DNA of 64,000 bases from Haliotis rubra (GCF_003918875.1 NW_025767001.1:992001-1056000), one strand, 5' to 3'; positions 24,716 to 37,885 are shown, counted from the stretch's first letter. A program made the numbers and translations. Notes: generated from the sequence alone by a model not told the origin.

Positions 24716-24880
24716 GGGACGGAGGGGTAGCCCAGTGGTTAAAACGTTTGCTCTTCACGCAGAAGACCCGGGTTCGATTCCGCACACGGGAACAATATGT
24801 GAAGCCCATTTCTGGTGTCCCCTGCTGTGATATTGCTGGAGTATTGCTAAAATGGCGTAAAACCATACTCACTCATTCAC
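24716..24880 (+). mobile_element. SINE family A
   Basis: Family consensus; head abuts the right arm. Confidence 0.9.
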
Positions 24881-25484
24881 TGTTGTCAGTATGATAAAAT
24901 GTATCACTTAGCTCCTGTTTATACCCAGAATACGACAAACATATTTTTCGTAAACAACTCAGCACATTACGTGCATCTACTCTGAAAACAGATATAAATA
25001 TAGATTTATTTACAGAAAACCTGTGGGGCGAACCAAGTCCACGTCAGTGTATGAAGCTACACGGTGCAGATCTGGATGAGATGAATCGAACTTTCTCCAA
25101 CTTCTATATGTATTTATATAATGATCAGTGACATTTCTGAAGTAAAAATACAAAAAGACTATATTTCTGCACATATACTTTCTCAGGTATTGCTGACCAA
25201 CTGCATGTTTTAATTGTAAGTGTGGTCAAATGTACATTAATACATACTGGGACATCACCACATCTTTGTAATTTATCTCTTGCCAGTGACAAGGCTTGTT
25301 CACGAAGGTCGATATCTTCTTTAATGTCGAAATCTGCTTGCTAATCATTCTGAAGTTGTCCCGGCCTACCTTCAGATATAAGTTTTAAGCTTTGTTAATA
25401 TTTTGCAGCTCAAAGTCTCCTGTGACCATTACGAGTTTGCCCGCGCTCTGCTTTGTACAATTCATGTAGATGGATTTCTTCTGT

Positions 25485-27500
25485 AATGTCTCGACAGTAC
25501 TGTCGACCATTACAAAATAGTGCTGCTTTAAATTCCGATCAAAACTCTGCACTTCGATTTCACATAGTTCAATTACTTCAGTAATGTTAAGTTTGGCCAG
25601 TACTGCCGACCATTACAAAATAGTGCTGCTTTAAATTCCGACAGAAGGAATGTTAAGTCTGGCTGGCCAGTAATGTTAAGTCTGTACCGACCATTACAAA
25701 ATAGTGCTGCTTAAATTCCGATCAAAACTCTGCACTTCGATTTCACATAGTTCAATTACTTCAGTAATGTTAAGTCTGGCCAGTACTGCCAACCATTACA
25801 AAATAGTGCTGCTTTAAATTCCGACAGAAGGAATGTTAAGTCTGGCCAGTACTGCCGACCATTACAAAATAGTGCTGCTTTAAATTCCGATCAAATCTCT
25901 GTGCAATTTATATGGCTCAATTCCTTCTGTAATGTTAAGTCTGGCCAGTACTGCCGACCATTACAAAATAGTGCTGCTTTAAATTCCGATCAAATCTCTG
26001 TGCAATTTATATGACTCAATTCCTTCAGTAATGTTAAGTCTGGCCAGTACTGCCAACCATTACAGAATAGTGCTGCTTTAAATTCCGACAGAAGGAATGT
26101 TAAGTCTGGACAGTACTGCCGACCAATACAAAATAGTGCGGCTTTAAATTCCGACAGAAGGAATGTTAAGTCTGGCCAGTACTGCCGACCATTACAAAAT
26201 AGTACGGCTTTAAATTCCGATCAAATCTCTGTGCAATTTATATGGCTCAATTCCTTCAGTAATGTTAAGTCTGGCCAGTACTGCCGACCATTACAAAATA
26301 GTACTGCTTTAAATTCCGATCAAAACTCTGCACTTCGATTTCACATAGTTCAATTACTTCAGTAATGTTAAGTCTGGCCAGTACTGCCAACCATTACAAA
26401 ATAGTGCTGCTTTAAATTCCGACAGAAGGAATGTTAAGTCTGGCCAGTACTGCCGACCATTACAAAATAGTGCTGCTTTAAATTCCGATCAAATCTCTGT
26501 GCAATTTATATGGCTCAATTACTTCTGTAATGTTAAGGCTGGCCAGAACTGCCGACCATTACAAAATAGTGCTGCTTTAAATTCCGATCAAAACTCTACG
26601 CTTCGATTTCACATAGTTCAATTCCTTCAGTAATGTTAAGTCTGGCCAGTACTGCCAACCATTACAGAATAGTGCTGCTTTAAATTCCGATCAAATCTCT
26701 GTGCAATTTATATGGCTCAATTCCTTCAGTAATGTTAAGTCTGGCCAGTACTGCCAACCATTACAGAATAGTGCTGCTTTAAATTCCGACAGAAGGAATG
26801 TTAAGTCTGGCCAGTACTGCCGACCATTACAAAATAATGCTGCTTTAAATTCCGATCAAATCTCTGTGCAATTTATATGGCTCAATCACTTCTGTAATGT
26901 TAAGGCTGGCCAGTACTGCCGAGGGGCGGTGGGGTAGCCTAGAGGTTAAAGCGTTGGCTTGTCACGCCGAAGACCCGGGTTTGAATCCCCACATGGGTAC
27001 AATGTGTGAAGCCTATTTCTGGTGTCCTCCGCCGTGATGTTGCTGGAATATTGCTAAAAGTGGCGTAAAACCAAACTCAGTCAGTCAGTCAGTACTGCCA
27101 ACCATTACAAAATAGTGCTGCTTTAAATTCCGACAGAAGGAATGTTAAGTCTGGCCAGTACTGCCGACCATTACAAAATAGTACTGCTTTAAATTCCGAT
27201 CAAAACTCTGCACTTCGATTTCACATAGTTCAATTACTTCAGTAATGTTAAGTCTGGCCAGTACTGCCAACCATTACAAAATAGTGCTGCTTTAAATTCC
27301 GACAGAAGGAATGTTAAGTCTGGCCAGTACTGCCGACCAATACAAAATAGTGCTGCTTTAAATTCCGACAGAAGGAATGTTAAGTCTGGCCAGTACTGCC
27401 GACCATTACAAAATGGTGCTGCTTTAAATTCCGATCAAAACTCTGCACTTCACATAGCTCAATTCCTTCTGTAATGTTAAGTCTGGCCAGTACTGCCGAC
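25485..27500. repeat. Modular tandem array: constant 59-bp core plus one of three spacers (7, 40 or 44 bp), about 22 cores
   Basis: Core AATGTTAAGTCTGGCCAGTACTGCCGACCATTACAAAATAGTGCTGCTTTAAATTCCGA; unit lengths 66, 99 and 103 bp. Confidence 0.97.
26923..27089 (+). mobile_element. SINE family A inserted in an array core
   Basis: TSD CAGTACTGCC(G/A)A duplicated from the core. Confidence 0.95.
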
Positions 27501-27619
27501 CTTCCAATGTAGAGTAGACTGTAAACCGACATCGCTCGGGACCGGTGAAAAATGGCGGTTCAGAGGGATGTCGGTTTGGAGGGTGTAGTTGGAAACTGAA
27601 TCCAAAATTAGTCCTTTAT

Positions 27620-28080
27620 TGCTTTAAATTCTGACAAAACCTTTGTGCACTTCATATAGCTCAATCCCTCCAGCATTGGTAATCTCGAACTGCGCTGGTT
27701 TCGAACTGTTGATCATTTCGAAGTTGTCCCGTCCTGCTCTCAGATATAATCATTGTTCAACACATGTAGCACAATTCCTTCTCTGTGGTCAAGTTCAGTC
27801 CCCCTTGCGCCGTTGTTTTGTATTCTGTGTCAGTATGCTGACAGATTAAGCATCATTATCAGAACGAATATTGGATTCTGATGTCCGGTTCTGGCATGAC
27901 TGAAGAACGCCTCAGAGTCTGTATAGCGCAGTGCGGCGAATGTGTACACTAAATCAAATTTATCTGTTATAGTTTTTGTTCCTTGTTGTTTGTCGCGATA
28001 ATCCATATTCATCATATTCAAGCTTTATGGAGCCGACTTGTAAATAATCAGACAGGCCTGGGAATATTATTATGAATATT
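27620..28080 (-). pseudogene. Decayed coding-like relic flanking the array (continues at 25250-25540)
   Basis: Repeated peptide motifs DYLQVG, LYLRAGRDNFEMI and LYLKVGRDNFRMI with many stops and frameshifts; family not recognised. Confidence 0.35.
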
Positions 28081-28563
28081 GTCCCACGCCAATGCATATT
28101 TCAAATATATACCAGAAAGCCGTGACATCTTGAATGTCAATTTGACTGCAGTTCTTTTATAATTCGCCGTCATGCATCTTATCGTAAAAACAGTAACAAA
28201 GCCATTTGTACAAGTATCAGTTTGTAGTCAACAATTTTCAGTGTCTAAGTGAGTGAATGAGTGAGTGAGTGAGTGAGTGTGTCCAACATTATCGCGGCGA
28301 GGGACACCAAAATGAGCTTCACATTCGGTATCTAGAGTGTAAGATGTGTAAGTGCAGTTAGGTCACATATGGTGACCTGTTCTCAGGTGGTCACTCCTCT
28401 CGGTAATGTCCGTGGACAGCAGTAGATCCATGATCGCCCTTGTAGCAGACGTGATGGTCATCGTTGAAGGGGTCATCACGAATTCCCTTGCGAACACTCA
28501 AGAAGGAAAGTCATTAGTATATTAGGCTAATGATTACCAAGCTTCGCCACTGGGAATTAGGCA

Positions 28564-29058
28564 TCTGGCACCAATTGCGATAAAATGAATTAATTTTGGA
28601 CAGAATACCAACATATACACGATACATACTTACCGGTAAAACAAACTCTTGTCTTTGAGAAGGATGCGGTAAAGGGAATGGTTAACCAGAACCTTGATTG
28701 AGTACTCCAGAACAACTCATAGGGGCTTCTGATATTATTGTTTGATCGGCTTTCTAGGAGCTGGTGAGTTAATAATAAAGCATAAGTCTTTATGGATGAA
28801 ACCTTCTTGTTTACTGCATGGAGCGTTGTTTCGGTGTGGATTCCTACACCGTTAGCTTTTACAAGATGTTGCTATCCATAAAGTCATATACTTCATTATT
28901 CTGGCACCAGTTGTGATCAGATGAATTAATGTCGGACAGAATAACAACATATACATCAAACATGCTTAACACTAAAACAAACTCTTCTCTTGGAGAACGT
29001 TGTCCTGACCGGGAGAAAAACATTTAAAAAGCGGGATTGGTCTTGCAGAACCTTGACT
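28564..29058. repeat. Diverged direct duplication of about 140 bp with a Penelope-like hairpin remnant (28786-28890) between the copies
   Basis: CTGGCACCA...GGACAGAATA...AAAACAAACTCTT at about 28564 and 28900. Confidence 0.7.
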
Positions 29059-29522
29059 GTGTTACAAGTCATCAGGGCTTGTGGCAGTATGTTTAGACGA
29101 ATATGGTAGACACTGACCACTGGTCAAGGATTCACCTGGATTCTGTTGTATGTCACAGGCGAAGTGTCTGGTTTTAGATGAAAACAGGAATTGATTATTG
29201 AGAATATTTACGTCGCGGCTGTTTGTGGGTGTTCAATCATGGTCTTTAACTATTAGATACGTCAGTATTGATGTAGGAACGTTGATTCTGATGACGCAAA
29301 CCCGTGGTCAAATTGTATTTCTTAGCATTTTGGATGCGCTGGTAAGGCTCAGGTTATATTACATTATTATGCGTGGTTACTGAACACGAGCTTATTTATC
29401 TTGCCATGTAACTATATTTCATTTTCGTCTTTACTTGTCTACCATATAGAAAATGATCGCTTCTCATAGCTATAGTAAGTGTATCAGTGTTGTTAGGTTT
29501 GCCTTAATATGCATTATATGAC

Positions 29523-29698
29523 GAGTAAGTGAGTGAGTGAGTTTAGTTTTACGCCTCATATAGCAATATTCCAGCATTATCACGGCGGGGGACACAAGAA
29601 ATGGGCTTCACACATTGTACCCATGTGGGAATTCGAACCCGTGTCTTTGGCGTGACGAGCGAACGCTTTAATCACTAGGCTACCGGACCATCCCCCCC
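29523..29698 (-). mobile_element. SINE family A
   Basis: Family consensus on the minus strand. Confidence 0.88.
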
Positions 29699-30289
29699 AT
29701 TAAATAACGAATGATACAAGAGAAGTAGTGAGTTGGGGTCAGATTGATATGAGAGGAAAGCCCAATCTGATGACGCTCGCTTTGGTGACACTTTCGAGTA
29801 AGGGTTTGGTGCAAACAAATCTAAAAATGATGGAGGCGAACCAGCTTCGAACCATCACATATTTAGCATTCGAAGAACTAAATCTACCACGAGTATGAGT
29901 GAGTGTGTTTTACAACAACGCCGCTTTGAGCGGTAGTTTGATCAGAGATATCTCGGCATGTTTTGTGTGGGAGGAGGTCCCGAAGTGATGCAGGTGTTAG
30001 AGATTTAGAGTGTTGTCGAAACCCATGAGCACGTGTGCTGACAACCCCCAAATACATAAACAGGACGAACCGGATTTCAAACCCAATAAGCATGTAGGTT
30101 TCTGGCCCTGCTTAAGGGATCTTAACAGCAAATTACAGTGCCTGCGACGAACGGGGCAACTATACGAATATACGTGTATAATGAATCTAAAACGTTCATA
30201 TAACCCTAACATAGTATTTCCGGAATATATTTGCGTGAATGAATTATTTGACCCCGGTGGAATGTCATAAGTCCCAGGAACTTAAGAAT

Positions 30290-30479
30290 TCCAGCAACTC
30301 TTACTTGTCGTTAGAGGCGACTAACGGGATCGGGTGGTCAGGCTCGCTTATCTGATTGACACGTTACCATATCCTAATTACAAAATTCGATGCTTATAAT
30401 GTTAACCACTGGACTCGGGTATTTACAGGCCGCCGTCATATAGCTGGAATATTGGAGTACGGCGTTAAACAAACAAACT
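30290..30479 (+). mobile_element. Family B retroposon, diverged
   Basis: AGAGGCGACTAACGGGATCGGGTGGTCAGG core and shared tail. Confidence 0.8.
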
Positions 30480-30610
30480 ATTATAATCCCCAAGCGATTT
30501 CATGGGCAAAATTTTATCGCCAAACATGATGGTCTTGAATGGTCTGGGCCTAAAACGGGGGTTCCACCATCCTGTCGTTGTGTGGTAACTATGTATTGTA
30601 CGATTACCAT

Positions 30611-31237
30611 ACAGTTTTGGTATTGTGAACATGTGCAAGCCTTTTGGAAATGTTTTCTACAAATATTGTATGATAAATGTCAACATGTTCACAACATGAA
30701 ATTGGACCGGCAACTTACTGTGTTTGGAATGAGAACAAATGTATATACTGATGATGTGTTTGATTTAATATTGTTGTTAGCTAAATTCTTCACATATAAA
30801 TGTAAGGTATTAAAAACTAGTCTTAGTTTTAAACATTTTAGACATTATTTACAAGATAGATACTTTATTGAAAAGACTATATCCTTCAGTAAAAGTGAAC
30901 AAGATAAGTTTTATAAAAAATGGATGTTATATCATGATTTTACAAATTTTAAATGACTTTCTGAATTCTTTCTTCTTGTTCCCTAATGAAGAAATATTTT
31001 AGGCTGAATGAACTTGAACTTAGACAAACTTACTGTAATTGTTTGAAACTTTTAAGTGTGATTGGTGAGTGAATGTGTTGTGGGGTCTGGTGTTGTTGTT
31101 TTGTGCTTTGTTAGAGAAAAATCCTGCTTTTCTGTTGTCAAAGTGTTCTTGCAAAAGACTCTAAAGTCCCTTGGCTCTATTGCCTTTTATTGTAACAGGG
31201 GAAACAGGAATAAAAACTGTCAATTATAAAAAAAGAA
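30611..31237 (+). mobile_element. 5'-truncated L1/Tx1-clade LINE (ORF2 C-terminus, 3' UTR, poly-A)
   Basis: FWYCEHVQAFW...LILLLAKFFTYKCK...KFYKKW is typical of the L1/Tx1 ORF2 end; AATAAA at about 31209 followed by an A-rich tail. Confidence 0.85.
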
Positions 31238-34200
31238 TTATAATCCACAAGCTATTTCATGAGCAAAATTGTATCGACAAACATGATGGTCTTGAATGAT
31301 CTGGGCCCAAAACGGGGTTCCACCATCCTGGCGTTGTGTGGTAACTATGTATTGTACGGGGTTCCACCATCCTGGCGTTGTGTGGTAACTATGTATTGTA
31401 CGATTACCATTCTGCCTGGCAGCTACTTCAATGACTGCGATGACTATGTTCTGGAGAAACCGTAAATGACCTTGACGTTGTTCAAAACAAATACTCTGTC
31501 TTGTAAAAATGTGAAAAAAATAGTTATAGGAAAGTAAATGTATAACTAACACACTAACGTGTATAGAATCTCACGAATCGGGGATGTAGCTCGTGTCGTA
31601 CACCTTACTGTTCCTTCACCATCGTACATAACTTTGGTCCAGGAAAACGTGGTATGCACAGTCAGTTATTATCGATAAGTCGATGGTCAGTGTTTAGGAA
31701 TGTGGTATGTTTATCGTTAACATTTTTATCGTTATGCGGAGCTTCGTCGGGTAATTACTGAGGTGTATGAGTCGAGTTTTATCATACAGTCAAACGAAGT
31801 TGATGGGTCCTAAGTAAATACTTCGAGTTATCCGAGGTTCTATACACCCGAAAATAATGAACAAATATTGAATACGAATACGAACTTTCACTTTGAAACA
31901 ACTGTAAGTTTGAGACAACAATGTTTAATAACTGCATGTGGGGACATTTTGGGTTGCGCCACTGAAACTTGCTGACTCAGCATCGGCCGCCTTCGACTAC
32001 AGTGCATGTTTTCAGTGTGACATATAGCACGCGTGTACATGTACATCAGCTCATACCCTATAATCAGCGGTTATAATTTTATACTTACCGCCCCCTCGTA
32101 AGACACTTTGGTTAACACGCGTTTAAGTCGATAGAATTAGCATATTCAGAATTTGAAATCAGACTACATATAGACATAATTGTATTACATGCAAAACAGG
32201 TTTGGAAAAATCTTCAAAATGCCGTCCCCCGAATTATGTGCCAGACATGTGGTGCCTGCTGTACTATAATTATTTCCAAACATACAATAAACCAATCAAT
32301 GTTGCTTTACTGTCTCATATAAGCATGTGTAGTAGTAAAAAGAACGTAGCTAATTGATAGTATGTAAAGACGATCACGATCATTGAATGCATCACGCTAT
32401 CTTGACCATTTCAAAATCACGCACGCCGTCGTCGATGTCAGTCATCACAGAATTAATTGACCACTAAATTGCTTTCCAACGGTCAGATGTCCAGTGGTAG
32501 GAACTCAAGATTGCCACTTGTCTCCACGCTATCCTTATTAACAACATAGCGAACACAGACCCCGTCACAAATAACATTCTAATGGCTTAATGAATCTTCT
32601 CCGGGCCCACACACCCCTCCACAGATGCCTGTGTATCGTAATTTGTCGGGGCTTGGTACTTGAGATTTGCATCCTCAACAGTTAGTGGGTCATCATCCAG
32701 TCAACAGTTGTTATGGGCGGCTTCAGAGCCTGCACATGAATACGAAGAGCCAGTACGTTAGGTTCGGCACACAAGCGTATAACGAGGAATGATTTGCTAA
32801 AGAGTGCGATGATAGCGGTTCTGGAACGCTGCATTGTTCTCAGCCCGTGTAGGTGTAGCTCTGGTACTGAAGATGCCTGAAGGACTTGGTACTGAAGATG
32901 CCAGAAGGACTTGGATGGCTTCCGGTCGTGTTGATACAATAGGTCGTGATATCTTCCAGAGGTGGCTCTCATTTACACGACATTTTATGAAGGAGAACGT
33001 ATTGGCATGAAATGTAAAAAATGCGTAACTTAAAGGAAAAGATATATTATACATCACAGAAAAGATAAGCACGAACAGCATGCCTTGAGGGGACTTAAGT
33101 TTTTGATTGATTCTTATTTATATAATAGGTACAATCATACATCATATAAGAAAATAGATGAAAGAAAATTAAACCGATGAAAAGACACTTAACATTTACA
33201 AGAATTTGGTAGCAAGGAAAGAATGACACAAGACGGAGTTTTAACAATAAAGAAATACATGTATTTTGAGCAAACATTACTTAAACACACCGCTCAAATT
33301 CATTTGAACTCGAATTACGTTTGTAGTTCTATTTGGGTGAAAATAATAAAAAAAACCCGTGTTTTTCGTCATGTGCAAGTGCCTTATTTGCATGATTGCT
33401 GACAAAGCGGAACAATCGTGTTGATTAGTCATGCAGGTATGTCACATGTGGGTGATTAGACTAACGCTTAGTCTCTGAATATATATACTTGTAACAGCAA
33501 CAAATACACCCATTTAAACTGAAAGGAGCCCCAGTGAGTTGGGAGATTCAGAGGAAATTTAGACTTGCTTTATTTAGGGCTTTTAGCATTGCAGGGAGGG
33601 CAAGGGAGTAGGGAAAAAAATGTGGTTCAGGGACTGTGGGCCAGACTAATGGGGGATAAGACTGTCATACTGCTGGAACCTTCGGCAGTTTCAGACAAAC
33701 CTTCATCAGTCATTCATTTGACCACCCCCGAAGTAGAAGGCAAAGTGTCACAACCCCTTAGGAGACCAGTACACCCGCACATTTCACCTACGTAATTCGT
33801 CTCACGGTAACGTCGTCATCAGCGAAAACGTTATGATATTACATGAAATGAATGTGACGCTAACCGCGTGGAACATTAATCAACGACGTTGGGCGAGAAT
33901 TGTGCGACGTCGGCAACGACATTATTGTCCTCGAGTAATACTTATGAAGGAGAATCACTTGTACTCCCAACATGTTTGCTATGGAACACAGATTTGAACA
34001 GGCTCCGTGTTTAGCGTCTCTGGAGGGGTTGTGGTTGTGGTTGTGGGTTTAGGGTTTGGGACGCCATTCCTAGTGACTTATCTTCCGACTTATATTGTGT
34101 CGGGTACTGGCTTGCGTAACTAGAAATGGCGGTCATAAAATGTATTCATTCTAGTATATTACCAATTTCTAATCCTGAAAATGCCAACTGATTTGCTCTA

Positions 34201-35512
34201 TGTCCTTGTGCAATAACAAATTCCAAGAGTCCATGTGTTCGACTGCTGACAACTCTACATTTACTCGAACCAAAATAATGACAGCTTCGTTTTACACGAG
34301 CGAGAGACTAATAATCATTTTTGTTTTGAGTCAAAATTGTTTGTAATTATTTACAACAAAAAACGCGAGTGTCAAGTTTCTTTTGTACTTCAGTTTACAA
34401 CACAACACTTTCCCAATTGCACTGAAAGCTGAAAGTGACAGCAGACAAGTAAAAGTGCTGTTTGAAATTATCAGTTTCAACTGAATTGATTTTAATAGTT
34501 TCTTACGAACATTAGTTCAACTAACAGGAAGAAATTTACTTCTTCAAAAAGTAATTTCATCTTTTGCAGCATTCCGTGCAAAACGATAGAGGTAATTACT
34601 AAATCATACTGTAACAACGCAAAACAGCATGGTAGCAGTTTCTGTAATTTACAGTAATTCTATTTCCATAATCGCCAACAGGATATTTGGAACACCAACC
34701 GGTTTATTATTCATATATTCTACGACGAGTAGTTGAGATCTTTACGATGTTAAGAAAATATAATATTCTCGATAGAAATAATTGCGCAAGTGATAACGCT
34801 TTGTTTACGCCAAATTCCACGTGCCAGGATGATACAAATCAAGATTGTAAGGTAATTGGCGCCCGTGGGGATGAGGAAATGATATAATTTTATGGCAAAG
34901 ATATGCCAGCCGTTTAAATCACTGCTATGATTTTTCTCCATACACTTGCGCAAGAATTTTGTTTTGCGAAATATTTATTGATTTATTTCGTAACAAGATT
35001 TCCGTGATGAACTGTATTCTGTAAGGATTATTTCGTAATTTCTGTCCGTTGGTCTATTTGTCGTTTCTGCTTTTTTAATATTTCTATATTTGTATTGTAT
35101 TTATATATAAAGATGTTATGTTCGAGGAATTGTCTCCACAATTCGCATTAGGAAGTGGTCAAATTGTGTTTTGATTTGTGTACAAACTATTCCACTTGTA
35201 TCCTTGTACATGCAAGTGTGTATGAGGCTTGTTGTACGCCAGATTTATTGTACTAGCCCACTAAGAAATCATATTGCAGTTAATCACGGATACCCGAGTC
35301 AGACATCAGTCCGTTTTTATCCCCTTTGGTAACCAACATCATGAAAGATCTTTTAACACCGTTGGCATTTGGGGATCTGACCGCACCACACCGCACTGTT
35401 GACCAGGAGAATCGAACCACGGACCGTCCGCTCTACAGTCGGACACTCTCTAAATTATACCACTCAAATGATTCGCAGTCCGTCTCTACGTTTTTAGTCT
35501 AGTGTACGCAAA

Positions 35513-35675
35513 GACTGACTGAGCTAGTTTTACGCCGCTTTTAGCAATATTCCAGCAACATCACGGCGGGGAACACCAGAAATGGGCTTCACACATTGTA
35601 CCCATGTGGGGATTTGAACCCTGGTCTTCGGCGTGACGAGCCAACGTTTTAACCACAAGGCTACCCCACCGCCCC
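35513..35675 (-). mobile_element. SINE family A
   Basis: TSD TGTACG(C/T)AAAGA. Confidence 0.92.
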
Positions 35676-36844
35676 TGTACGTAAAGAGCATTAAAGAGCA
35701 TTGTATGTTGTACACGTGTTTGATTTGTACAGTTCTTACCACATGTCACTAGGCGTCCGTAATCAGATGCATCTCCATCATCTGGTAGCTGTAGAAATAG
35801 TTTTACAAACATTTGATCAAATCACTCCCAGCAATCTGGCATTTCATGTATCGTTTTCTCCAATTTTCCTCCATTACATATTTAACATTGTTTTATATTC
35901 GTATTTATTTTGTTAGTTTTCTTACACTCGAGGATATATGATACAAGTATGAAATAATTTGATTAATGTTATGATTTTCTGCAGTATGAACTTAAATGAC
36001 AATTTCGAAATGTCATGATAAATATGAGAAAGTGGTTATATAACATGAGGAAAACCATGTTTACTTTTTCAATATCTTTGACGTCACATACAGCGTTGTC
36101 ATGGAGATATGGAATGTTGTTTAGCGTCTGAGGCAGCATGATGATTGAATTCCGTCGCTTGGTCCTGAATAAAGAATTGATACAAACCTGGATCAGGCAA
36201 TGATCATTTTTCTCTCAGATCAAAATTGCAGAAAGTTATAAACCCTGTCACACTTTCATTCGAAATTGAATTGAAAGCACACAAATACGTTTCTACCAGT
36301 CCGTGACATGTCAATCCATATTGTCATTGAAACCTAATTATTATGTGTTGGGCATTTATTCATTTTAACTGATCATAGAAATCCCAATGTTTTCAATCCC
36401 CAAAACAATGATCCTTTAAAGCAGGATGGAACATTTGGAGATGGCGAAGGAAGATAATCCTGAAATAGCACGAGTTTGCCGTAACGCGCATTCCGTATAT
36501 TTGGTTGTTGATAATGCTTGCACTGTGCATTGAACCACTTAACTGCTTTCGCTAAATGGATCATTATTTTCTTTCACCGTTTACAGTTTCTCACCTTTGT
36601 GCTACACCTGGTCTGGTGTCAATTCTATTTCATAGTGTTTCATACACTTGCTTGTTATACAGCTGGAATCGTTCTCAGGAATATGGAAAGGGTTTTGTCG
36701 CTTGTATTTCAAGGGAAATAGTCTTGTTTGTTTGCATGCTCTGCAACCTAAAGAACCGTTCGTAAAATGATTATTCAGCCAGCGAAAACTAGGCACAGGC
36801 GGACCATGCGATCAAGTGCGTTAAATGCGGATAAGGTTCCAATC

Positions 36845-37885
36845 AAGGACACACCTTCTGTGCATGTACTATCATCAAGGACACACCTTCTGTGCATGTA
36901 CCACCAGCAAGGACTCACCTTCTGCGCATGTACCACAGTCACCCCACTCCGAATGTGCCACAAGAAGTCACCTCCTGATGATGCCGTGGCCAGTCCGCGT
37001 CTTGTGAAGATACCCTGAAGATTCTCCTCTTTTGAGGATACTTTGGTCAATTCACATCCCTTCTGAAGATGCAACGACAAGCCTCCCTCCTCTGAAGATG
37101 TCCCGTCAAGCCTCCCTCCTCCGAAGATGCCACGAGAAGTCACTCTCCTCTGAAGACGCCACGACATAATCATCCTCCTCTGAAGACGCCACGACAAGCG
37201 TCCCTCCTCCGAAGATGCCACGACAAGTCACTCTCCCCTGAAGACGCCACGACATAATCATCCTCCTCTGAAGACGCCACGACAAGCGTCCCTCCTCTGA
37301 AGATGCCATGAGAAGGTGTCCCGACGAGTCAGCCCTTCTTAAGATGCCCCATCAAGCCACCCTCCTCTGAAGATACCATCAGTAGGTGTCCCGACGAGTC
37401 ATCCCCTCTGAAGATGTCCCGTCAAACCACCTTCCCCTGAGGATGCCACGACAAGCCTCCCTTCTCTGAAGATGCCACTACAAACCACCCTCCTCTGAAG
37501 ATGCCACGACAAGTCAACCTCCCCTGAGGATGCCACGACAAGCCTTCCTTCTCTGAAGATGCCACTACAAACCACCCTCCTCTGAAGATGCCACGACAAG
37601 CCTCCCTCCTCTGAAGATGCCATGAGAAGGTGTCCCGACGAGTCAGCCCTTCTTAAGATGCCCCATCAAGCCACCCTCCTCTGAAGATACCATCAGTAGG
37701 TGTCCCGACGAGTCACCCCCTCTGAAGATGTCCCGTCAAACCACCTTCCTCTGAAGATGCCACGACAAGTCACCCTCCCCTGAGGATGCCACGACAAGCC
37801 TCCCTTCTCTGAAGATGCCACTACAAACCACCCTCCTCTGAAGATGCCACGTCAAGTCACCCTTTTCTGAAGCCTGCACAACAAG
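36845..37885. repeat. 29-bp minisatellite with higher-order duplication
   Basis: Unit CTGAAGATGCCACGACAAGTCACCCTCCT and variants; block 37291-37436 recurs at 37605-37749. Confidence 0.95.

Noticed and set aside
25485-27500. CRISPR array
   Set aside because: Only three recurring spacer types, a 59-bp repeat, no cas genes and a eukaryotic context
27830-28021. SAM methyltransferase from the DKFDLVYTFAAL motif
   Set aside because: Single short motif, no glycine-rich motif I, and another frame fits the surrounding relic better
28400-28710. Two-exon minus-strand His-rich peptide
   Set aside because: Needs a rare GAG acceptor, upstream frame is closed, and the donor is lost in the duplicate copy
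36775-37623. ORFs with SSEEG repeats
   Set aside because: 29-bp unit shifts frame each copy; minisatellite artefact
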